From assembly GCA_000320545.1 (NCBI GenBank), contig ADNK01001313.1, forward strand, positions 1-64,000: 64,000 bases of DNA. The letters are read 5' to 3'. The stretch's first letter is position 1; each line of letters opens with the position of its first letter. This document shows positions 53,478 to 64,000 of the stretch, piece by piece. A model generated the notes under the pieces. It saw only the letters and a program-made list of their open reading frames with translations, did not search any database and was not told where the DNA came from. A program made the position numbers and the translations under genes. Source of the stretch: Bigelowiella natans CCMP2755 (taxonomy: Eukaryota; Protista; Cercozoa).

Positions 53478-55448
53478 TTATTGTGCCACCACCATCCCCT
53501 TGCAGCATAGCGCGACACCCCTTAGCTCGTTGGTCTTGATCTCGTAGTTAGAGGGCGGGAGGAGCGAAACACCGTTGGCGTCCTCCTACAATAATGTGTA
53601 AGTCAAATCAATAAAAAGTAACATTCAACAGAAACATAAAGGGTTCTATGTTCTACATGCTGCTGATACCCATTTCCATATCTTTGTGTCCATATCAATC
53701 CAGCCTAAGTTAAACGCTGCTGCTAGCCTACAGAGAGGAGGATAAACAGAGAGCACAGGGAGGAAATACAATAATCAGCTATTATGCCTGACTCAATACA
53801 CTTTGGGGGCAATATTCAGAATTCCGAGTCAATATAAAAAGTAATGAGGCTGTTCTTTTCGCCAGGATATCTCTTTCTCCCCGGCGAGGGACTCGATGAT
53901 GAGTTTTTGAAAGTTTCTCATTGAAAGACAAAGTAAGCGTGTAAAAAGAAGCGGAACAGAGAGAGAAATGGCCATGATGAGACAGGGTGAAAATAAAAAT
54001 CTCTCTCTTAATGAATCCCTCTTCCTCCTCCTCTGAAAACGAATGCAACACATAGTACACACGAACGACAACGAGGACAATACCCGCCCGCGAAGAGCTC
54101 CGCTTGCTTACAGACATGATAGTGAGTGGGGCCGACGATGTTGGTGCAGCTCTTGTTCGCATCAGTTACAAGACACTTCGCCTCTAGAGGACATCCCAGT
54201 CGCACGTATGATGGCGCCACCTGTTCCACAGCAATCATCCTTCACATATTGAACACCGCCGCATTGTATACTTGACACGGCATGATATCGTCTACTAGCA
54301 GAATGCACCACACGCAGAAAAATATCATCTCCTTTCTCATTTAGTTAATATTGGCCGCATCCCATCATCTCTCCTTCAGTACAATCATTTGTGTGGATAA
54401 TATCTAGGCCAATTGCCATACCGGCCCGAGGGAAGGGAAGCTATCAGCTTCGATCTCGTGAGTAGGTAGAGAACGCCCATAAAGCGTAACGTCATCTAAG
54501 AAACAGCAGCACCAACCCAACACTCAATGAAAAAGGATTTTTGAGATATAAGGGGGGATTGGATAGACAGAAAGAGGGAGAAAGAAGAGAGAAAGAGAGA
54601 GGGAGAGAGATCAGGATGGTGCGGAAAGCGATGCAGGTGGATTATAGGTGGATGATAGAGTAGATAGGGGAGGAAAAGCAAGACCTATCAGCAGAGAAAG
54701 CGGGTGTGGAACAGTAACGTTGGGAGCCCCTCCAATATATAAGGGACTGCCTTCTCCCAGTGCTCCGGCCAGGGATACCTTAGCCTATGTTGCGATGGCG
54801 CATTATGATCATTATAGATGAACAACGACCCAGCAGCCAAGCAGAACGACAAAGGAATGGGGATCTGTACTGTAGTCAAACGGTGGGGGATAGAGGGGGG
54901 GGGGGGGGGGGAGTACCTACGAGCCTACTTTGTACATGCACGCTCACATTTCTGCTCTGGTTTGCTTACTACCTCGAGTCGGGTGTCGAGGACTCCATTC
55001 ACGTACAGCAACATGGCGGTGGGGCCTACCACACCTGCGACATGGTACCATTGCCTCCCTCGTAACACTGCGTGCGACCTTACCTGAGAGATCAACAACA
55101 ACAACAACAACAACAACAACAAGGACAGGCCGCCATCGGTGAACCAGTACCGACATTACCAACGATGAGGAAGAGCGATTAGCACTTTTTCGGTGATGGG
55201 TGCTGTTGAACCTCTTGGTCTACGGCATTGAAGACCACCTTCCCAGATGCCCCATCAATGCTGAGAGCGAAGTACCTATGATGATGATGATCGTGATCAT
55301 TGGGGCAATTCATAGCAACAGTGGGGAGTCATCTTGATGATGATCAAGACCAACATGATGATGATGATGATGATGATAATGAACATAACAGGCCTGCGAT
55401 TCGCATTTTCCCGTTGCCTCATCCTCTCTCTTACCCCCCCCCCCCCCT

Positions 55449-55491
<43 letters not shown>

Positions 55492-56036
55492 ATATCTTGA
55501 ATGTATTCATTTGCGAACGATGCTAAAATATTTACAGGTTCCTTCTGTCAGCGGGAGTGCCCTTTGAAACGAGGGGGTGCAACACCGCAGTAGTAGTGGT
55601 AGCGGTGCCCCTGCTGTCCACATCTTCGCGCCGTGGTCTCGATTGAGAGATATCATCGCGGATATAGACCCACATCGACACAGATAACTCGCTCCTTGGC
55701 TGCCAACATCCATAGTGGTGAGAGCATTGGCAAAAAAAAAAACATCAACGTCTAACTCACAGGCTGAGACGATATCGGAGAGAGGAGGAGGAGGAGGAGG
55801 AGGGGAGGGTCAACGAATGGCAGGCGAACGGTATATCACGCATGGTACCAAGAGTGTCGGAGAGTGGGGAACGAGCAAGTAATCCGTGGATTCCTGTTAT
55901 ATGTGTGGTGTGACTATTTGTGTTAAACGACAGTAACTCATCGTGATTTCTGGTCTATCTTCCTTGGAAAACGGCGAAAGTGAGACTTCTCTTCAACAAG
56001 CCCAGAATGATTGCCAATGCTGCTAGCTACTCCTGC

Positions 56037-56068
<32 letters not shown>

Positions 56069-57501
56069 GCTACTGCTACAATCACCTACCAAAGAGATCT
56101 GCTTTTACTACAAATGCCCCTCTTCCTCCTACAACTACTACTGCTACTACTACTGCTGCTACTGTTACAACTACTCCTACTCCTACTTGAAAAGCAGCTG
56201 AAGATCCTGTCCCCATTCTTCCCGGTCCAGACGTAGCAATGGGGTGTGGACCGTGGTTATTATTCCCTGACACGTCGATGAGAAATTTCGCATCAAATGT
56301 GTATCGAGCCATCACTCCAGGAGGCATAGCGTCCGGGGCGATTACTTTTCGGCCGTCTGAGATCACATAAACGGTTTTCCATTAGACGGGACAGAGAACG
56401 ATGATTTTGGTCATCACTGTTGTCGTAAAAGCCCTTCTTCGGGATAATTATATCGTCATCGAGAGATTCAAATTACATCTACGCTACCATACGCATTCTC
56501 TCGCTCTCTTACATGTCTGCTACCAAAGAGGCAGATCCCTTTCTCAAGCGATATGTCGCACATTGCATCTTCAATGCGCGTTTGCTGCCCTTCCTCCCTC
56601 CTTTCTCTGGCGACGGATTCTCGCATTGACGGCATCATTGACGAATATCTGTTTTTCTCTTGTCGCTCTTCCTTGATAGTAGATCTGTGTCCGTTGTTGT
56701 TATCGTTCTGGGCATGGTGAGAGGGTAGTCTAGGCGATGATGAAGATGTTGTCTTCAATGGAGAAGAAGAAGAAGATGACGATGACGACGACGACGATGA
56801 TGATGATGATGATGATGATGGCAAAGGAGCCGGCCACGTGGAGGATGGCGATGATGGAAACGAGGAAGAGGAATATGGTGTGGTGGTGTTGTTGAGCACA
56901 TGGCGTGTGCTCCGTCCATGATTTGAATAGCTATGAACATGAGGGTGGGAATTTTTTGAAGGAGGATGATTTATTTCGTGATAATGGTGATGATGACGTT
57001 GACTGTGTCGTTGCTCTGGATGCTGTTCGTGGTTCTTTCGATCGGTAAATAAAACAATAGCAGTAGCTCCTATCAGATCGTCGTATTCCATCTGCCACCC
57101 CAACCCACCTCAACGTTTCCCTCCTCTCTCTCCTTGTGTAGCGTATATAATCTACACATTCCCAAACTCGTCACAACCAACCTTATCATCTTACTCCCCT
57201 CATATCCCCCCCCCCCCCCCCCCCTCATCCCGTTCACTCTCTTTATCCAAATAAGGGTGTGATTTTGTTTTGTTGAACTATTCTTCGTTCGAGACGAAGC
57301 ATCACCCACCTGTAGGATGACAAGCTTGGAATTGACCTTTGCTCCATGGGCAAGGGGCTGGTTGCTCATCATTCCAATAGCCATCGCCAGAGCAAGTACC
57401 ATGCCTGCTCTACCTTTTCGACACAAGATCCACGGCTTGTTCGCGCGATGCCGCCTCTCTTGCTGGAGCTCCTGCCGCAAGGGAAGGGGGGGCAGCCCCA
57501 T
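53478..57501 (-). CDS. Secreted/membrane LamG (concanavalin A-like) domain protein with Cys-rich C-terminal domain; multi-exon
   Basis: Hydrophobic leader; ARYTFD...DVSGNNNHG, LSVSMWVY, WYHVAGVV...LLYVNGVLD, PLYIGG, DDVTLYGRSL..EI; then VRLGC...C...C...YHVCKQAELFAG|...LGW...VALCCK*. Confidence 0.78.
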
Positions 57502-57711
57502 CGTTATTTGAAAAGTTTTTGAATTTTTGTATTTGACCTGATGAGGCTTTGAGGGCTACGAAGTTCCATTCACAGACGCTGTTATTGGAGATAATTTGGG
57601 TGCGACAACGATCACATTACGAAATGTATGAAATTAGGTCCATTTTTCGCGCGATCTTCAGACCATTTTCCAAATGTTATGCTTACAGGATTGGGTGTGC
57701 TCCTGACAACG

Positions 57712-59525
57712 ATGGCTTCCGTCCCTGATGCCTTTACTCCGAATCGGGCAGGTCATAACAAGCACCAGGGCTCCTCCATTGACATGGTACCCATTTTATT
57801 TTTTGGTGTTGAGAACACCTGTGATAATATTTGCACGGAATATTTACATCTCCCCCCCCCTTCCCCCCCCCCAAACAAGCAGAGAGCCGAATCGTGGAGC
57901 TACGTCAACGACGGGAACGCCAATATAGTATTCTCGAACAGCCGTCGCCCTTCGCAGGTTTTACGAATACGAAAGTCGCTCCTACATGCCGCTGCTGAGA
58001 AGGACATTGAAAGGCTGAGGAAGGAATATATCGCATCTTATGGCTACGCATCTTCGATTCTTCGCCCAATCATCGGCAATGAGTACGGCTGTGTAATGGC
58101 TAGCTGTAGGACCGTGCAACTCCTGCCTAAAGGCAGTAATTTTTTAAACAGCTTTTCTGAACTTCATCCTCTCCTCCTTCTGGTCCTCTTCCGTGCTAAA
58201 TAAGAAGCCACTCAACGAGGAAAGCAACGTGACTGTGTGGCGATATGTACATCAGGTTTGTACCCAAATCACAGCTCGTATCCATTCCGCGCTCATTCGG
58301 CCTTGCGCTTGCTCGTAATGCTCGTCCGCTCCGTCCAAAAAATCGTATTGGAGAGGAAGGTCTCCCCCCCCCTGAGTCGTCGTCTCCCGAGAGCAACTGG
58401 ATGCTCCCGGCAACGCTCGGTACACGCTGTAACGTGGGTACTGTCTCGTATATTTTACCTTGATGAGGAACAATCTCCTCAAGAACCTTCTCAATAGTTG
58501 CTGTGTGTTGTTTTGCTTTGGTTGTTTATCTTATCTTTGGATATGGCGAATGGCGGGATGAATCAATGCGGCGTCTCACTGCCTTCTCCCCTCTCCATTC
58601 TGGATAATCTGTTACGCTGCTGTTCAAATAACGGATGATGATGCTGCTGCCGCTGCTGGGAACATCCATTATAACCGAATTTATATAATGCCTGTGACAC
58701 TAGCCACAAATGTGCTGCACTCGACGTTTAACGGCGCTTCCTCGCCATCCCCATCCTCCTCTTCTCCCCCCCCTTCCCACGCTCTATGCATCGAACTAAA
58801 GCCGAAATGGGGGTACGTTCCATCCGTGCGATGCTTCCCGACGCCCAGTAGCAATGGTGCCAGTGATGATGGTGCGAAGGGTATAGACAAAGACGCTCAA
58901 GAAAGATCGTACTCACAATCGGTGGAACAGAAGAACTTGAAGACAAGCATGTGCCGAAAAACCGCGATTGGAGATGGGGGGAGGGGGAGACGAAGCACAG
59001 CCATGGTGGCCAGGAAGCTTGTAAGGGGCACTTGTCAGTTCTGCCTTCTGCAACCCGAAAAACTTCGTGTGAAAAAGGTGAAGCAGCTGAGCTCCTTCTG
59101 CCCTCTCAGCATATACTCGGAAGACGAGGAAAGGGTAGGTGCATTTATGATTAGGCATTTAGTTTAAATACTGTATTATACTATGCTAAACATACATGGA
59201 TAAAATCCAATCCTAACAAGAAAATACCGTGTATACCAAACGATAGATGCTTTGTCGCTAATTCGGGTGTTTTTGTTCTTCTTGTTCTTCTTCTTGTTGT
59301 TGTCCTTCTTGGTCGTTGTGGTTTGTGCGGATGGTATATGCCTCTGCCCCCACTCCTCGTCCTCCTCCTCCTCCTCCTCCTCATGTTTGTTGTAGATACA
59401 ACACGCAATCGACTCACTGCTGGATACTCCACAGGTTTCTTTCTTCTTCTTCAACCTATTTTGTGGTCGTAAACGTTCGGAACTTACTTGTTACCACTCT
59501 ACAACCACAGACGCTAACACCAATG

Positions 59526-59561
<36 letters not shown>

Positions 59562-60489
59562 CAGATATACACACACACACACACATTCACGTACATTTAA
59601 CGCATACTAAGCACAATCTCGCTACCATATACAGAACAACCTGCAGCTCTTCGCTATTCATTCCCACCCCGGTCATCTCCTCCCCTCCTCCTCATCGTCG
59701 GCCTCCTCTCCGCCCTCCGCATTTTCACGAATCGACATCAAAGAGGAGCCGTTGTTGCGGCAGTGCGTGGCCCGTGTTGCTAGAGGAGCAAAGAGGGAGC
59801 GAGCGGGGGAAAGGGGGGCGGATAGCAAAGGGAATAACGGTCAGGATGATAGGAATAGTGATGCTTGTGGTGGAAGATGGGGTGATGATGATGATGATGC
59901 TTCTACTACCATCATCACGACGAAGAAAAATACAATGTCGTGGTCCCGGCGGTGGCTAAAAAGAGCGTTAAACGAAGTGCTAGGTAAAGACGACTGACCC
60001 CTCTAGATGGAAAATAGCTCTTTATTATAGGTGTAAGTAGTAACGTAGTAGTTGTAGTAGTAGTAGTAGAAGAAGAAGAAGAAGAAGAAGAAGTGGTAGT
60101 GACATTACTCCTTTCTCTCCATGCTTTCTCTGACTCCCCCCTTCCGTCCCTTCGTTAGCATCATCATCATCATCGTTGTTATTTGTTGCTGGCGATATTG
60201 TCCTTATTATCGAAACTGCCAACACCCCATTCTTATCTCGGAATAATAGCACCATCTCCTCTTTCTAGGGAGCGCCTCTGCCTCCCTCACCGCCCTTCCT
60301 TCGCGCCTTACTTGCACTGATTTTTCCTGCAATCGTTTCATTACTAACGGAGTAGTCTCCCCGGCAATGAGGCGGCTGCTTCAACGGTTGCGTGTCGCGC
60401 AGCAAATCTTTGATCACAGGCATGGGGCCAAAGGCATTAGAAGGTGAAAACCAGTAGTCATTAGAACAGTAGTAGTAGTAGTAGTAGCT

Positions 60490-60520
<31 letters not shown>

Positions 60521-60685
60521 CAGCAGTAGATCACAGTCTTTGATTGGCCCTCCTCTTTTCCTTCTCATTCTGCTCACAGAGTCTTCGAGGCGGTGCTGCA
60601 CAAAGACATGAAGGTGCATGTGGCATTTACAAACACAGAAAGCTATCCATAGATGCGCTTGTAATAAATGCATAAATTAACACTT

Positions 60686-60729
<44 letters not shown>

Positions 60730-61263
60730 CACGAGCGCGTGCATTTGTGTTGTGCGTATTTAAATGATACTATTTGACGAATTGAGTATTCTTGTGTGTG
60801 GCATCCTTTCATCAGGGCAGCATAAGTACCCTAGAAGCTCGCATACGTGATCGCATTCAAAGCACGAAGCTAAGGTTAATGCTGCTGCTGCTGCTGATAC
60901 TGATGTAAAGCAAGAGCACAAGCCTAAAATATACATTGAGCGCGCATATCATTTATTTACTTATGGATGTGGATAAATAATGCGGCGCAAGTGCTTAACC
61001 TCTTCAGATAATCCGAGTAATTGACTGGGCTCTGTGCCCCCCCTCTCCCTCTCTCTGGTGTTTCTCTCCTATCCATCAGGGAGGGCATACTAGGCCACTT
61101 TGCTGTAGCGCTCAAGGAAGATCGGTCGGTCAGCATAAGTCCCGTATCCAAATCGAAGGACACACTTATCATTTCTGACCTGCGGCGATGCCAAGTGTAA
61201 CATAAACTGCCATAAGTCTCCCTCAGAGATAGTTCTTTGTAGACTAAAAGTAACCCTCCCCCT

Positions 61264-61305
<42 letters not shown>

Positions 61306-61360
61306 ACGCAACTGCAAGGGGCTTCAATATAACCGAGTCGTTCGTGCACTGAATCACATG

Positions 61361-61402
<42 letters not shown>

Positions 61403-62330
61403 TTAAATATACATATGTGTGTGTTTGTGTGTTTGTGTGTGTGTGTGTGTGTTGTGGGCGCGCGTGCGTGTGTGAACACCGGTAACAACTTAGGAAAGAA
61501 GTCCCAGTATGTGCAAGAATAACAGAGGATTGGTGGAGAAGAAGTATCAAGGGAGAGGAAGAAGAAGAAGAAGAGGGACAGCGTGAGGATGAGGAGGAGG
61601 AAGAGAAGGGAGAGGGGGGGGAGGAGGGAAATGATGTGGCTACCAAGGACAGCAGCAGCTATGACACGGCACGTCGGTTGGATATTTTGTGCAAATATCT
61701 CCTCTCCCGCACGCTCAGGGTATCTGTTCCTTCCGGTAGCAGTACAATATCTTAGCTTTCCACACTCCTCCTCTCCCCCCTATCTCCTTTTGTTTTCCCT
61801 TGATTTCCCTTAAGAGACAGCTGATTACTTCCAAAATGCCCCCCCCCCTTCCCCCCCCTCTTTCAATAGGATGTGTCCATTATGCTCACTGTACTACCGG
61901 GAGCAGGGCAACGTGATAACATGTCGACTGAAAAGAACGATGATGAGAAAATAGCGACTACACCAAGGCAGCATGGAAACTCCCTCCCCCCTCCTACATC
62001 CCCTTCATGTCCCGACGACAGTCTGCGTGGAGTGAATATAACGGTGGAGGGAAAGTGCTATGTCGTCCAGGTACATTATTATTGTGACTCATTGAACGAT
62101 AGGAATACGCCATCATCATCATCATCATCATCAAGCATCATCCCCACTTCATTACTCCGACATATTCTCTTTTTTACCCTTTCCTCCTCCTCCCCTCCTC
62201 TTCCTCCTCCTTTTCAGATAGCTGTGGTGGATCTGGACAGGAAGGCTGTAGCAAAGGCAAGTTGGAATTAGCAGCACCGAAGTTATAACATGAATGGGAG
62301 TCAATTGTGATCAGAAAATACCTTTTTTTG

Positions 62331-62385
<55 letters not shown>

Positions 62386-62494
62386 AAAGTCCTTAACACG
62401 TCCTCCTCCTTTTCAGATCCCAAAATATTGTGTTATTGAAGAAACTGCGATCAAGTCCTTGCGGTCGTATCTCACCGGCAGTCGCAGCACGTAA
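57712..62494 (+). CDS. IPK1: Inositol-pentakisphosphate 2-kinase (IPK1/IPPK); multi-exon
   Basis: WSYVNDGNANIVF, VLRIRK, LCIELKPKWG, CQFCLLQ...FCPLSIYS, PQ|NNLQLF, YLLSRTLR|DVSIML, IAVVDLDRK..K|IPKY. Confidence 0.88.
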
Positions 62495-63474
62495 GAGCAG
62501 CTCATATTTGTGATGTAATGAAAATGACAACAGATTCATATTTATGACGACCGATGATTCACCTTTAGGTAACAATATAAGATTAGATAATCTAGTGCAT
62601 ATGTAAATACATTGTCAAGTCGGCCTAGCGTCGAACATCATGTGCGTAAATCAGGGCAATATGACACCGAGAATCTGCTGTACAGCACACACGTATAGCG
62701 CTGCGCCCCATGTCTATTACTCTACAGCTATACACAGCCGGAAGGAACTGGATACAGCCGCTGTGTTGATGATGATATACGTTGACACATCGTATCATGC
62801 GCATGCTAGCATGACGCTATACCGCCATGTGTCAAGTACATGTGACATTTTCTTGCATTGGTGTCCATGTAATATATTTTCACAGCGCATGTGACCGATT
62901 GACGCACGTCTATATGCCCTGGATTGTAGCGACAATATTATGCGCCTGAGTGCCTTCAGTCACAATATTTTGGCCGTATTATCCGTTCGGCACAATAGAC
63001 ACTAGTAATACGGGATATATATTAGTATCATAATATATTAGTATAATAATATATATACCGGATTACGAGTCTATTGTCGCGGCATGCGACGCGGCACCAG
63101 ATCGACGCACCAATCTAGCAATGAGCTATGTAGTCAGTACCTTAGAAGCAAACGCCGCGGCGAGGCTTGCTGACTTGATGCGAGCTAGGCACGCAGAGGT
63201 GTGCAGTTATACAACTGGCTATAGCTGGGCATGCTCTAGACACTACATAATACGACAAAGACACGTAACTCTGACTTTGAGGAAGCGCAGTAAACACGAC
63301 AGCAAGATTAAATGTAAGCACAAACAAGCAACATGATCGCCATAGCCGCCACGCATGAATTGTGAAGCCACATGGATCTAGGCTAAGAAACTACTTGAAG
63401 AATGTAGAGTACTCTTAATAATGACCGTCTCAGGTATGGTCAAGCTATGCGTGCCGCATGCGCACATGTATATC

Positions 63475-64000
63475 TCACTCACATCCTTCGACGTTTGCAT
63501 CGACCACCCCTCTCCACTCATCGGTGATCTGGGTGACGTTAGCACTAATGAATGATTCGCACCGACAGTACGAATTGCCAACGATGACGTTGTAAACAGG
63601 ATAGCCCAATCGTCCATCCACCCCAATATTGGCTAGTTCTGGGTACCTCACCGCCCAAGGGTTTGTGGTGACAAATGATCCAGGATGCAGCAGGTCATCG
63701 TCCGAGCCACCGACCGAATGCCACAGCGTCGGCGCCATCTTCCCAGTCCAGATTGGGCAGTTCGGATAGCAGTCCTTGTCGAAAGAGCTCACCCCGCGGC
63801 TGTCGAAGTGAATTGCGAGGTCGCAGTCCGAGAACGAGTTGAACTTGACGTGGTTGTGGCGCCCCCCTCCCATGACGATGCCTGTTTGGCAGTCGTGAAA
63901 GCTGTTGTTGTAGACTTGGAATCCCGACATCTCGTCATCAAGGTACACCCCTTGCACACTAGGGACCCCGAGGAAGACAGGCACGCGCGTTCGGATAGAC
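63475..64000 (-). CDS. Right-handed parallel beta-helix (pectin-lyase-like) repeat protein, C-terminal part; 5' end outside window
   Basis: GVYLDDEMSGFQVYNNSF...GIVMGGGRHNHVKFNSF..C..AIHFDSRG...PWAVRYPEL. Confidence 0.75.
   Translation of the reverse strand, partial: SIRTRVPVFLGVPSVQGVYLDDEMSGFQVYNNSFHDCQTGIVMGGGRHNHVKFNSFSDCDLAIHFDSRGVSSFDKDCYPNCPIWTGKMAPTLWHSVGGSDDDLLHPGSFVTTNPWAVRYPELANIGVDGRLGYPVYNVIVGNSYCRCESFISANVTQITDEWRGVVDANVEGCE

Noticed and set aside
200-62300. Numerous short ORFs with poly-L/S/H/V/R or THTH/ERER/CVCV runs
   Set aside because: They are translations of intronic microsatellites, not proteins.
1-64000. tRNA/rRNA genes or autonomous transposon ORFs
   Set aside because: None recognisable by eye. 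A tRNAscan/Infernal/RepeatMasker run would be needed to exclude them.

Overview
Gene-dense, intron-rich eukaryotic (protist-like) nuclear DNA with GT-AG introns, many of them filled with microsatellites. The organism cannot be fixed from the sequence. The intron style and gene set would fit a chlorarachniophyte/rhizarian, which is inference only. I assembled about 15 spliced genes by eye, so exon boundaries and ends are approximate. In order: DAK/triokinase 3' part (+); a large FAAL-ACP-Pls/PosA-type membrane synthetase (-); a mitochondrial-type cupin (-); a ZnT9/SLC30A9-like CDF transporter (+); UCH-L3-like deubiquitinase (-); lipoate-protein ligase (+); GT34-like glycosyltransferase (-); DEAD-box helicase (-); RRM protein (+); TMEM138-like (-); MFS sugar porter (+); 7TM-RGS (-) head-to-head with an intronless G-alpha (+); LamG-domain protein (-); IPK1 (+); and a partial parallel beta-helix protein (-). 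Five things stand out. (1) The fatty-acyl-AMP-ligase/ACP/Pls-like single-module synthetase. (2) The divergently paired 7TM-RGS + G-alpha signalling module. (3) A recurrent CTAG/CATG/TGCA-rich sequence state confined to spacers downstream of gene 3' ends. (4) An exact dispersed 15-17-mer in and next to those spacers. (5) A 197-bp MITE with TIRs and a 10-bp TSD inside an RGS intron.
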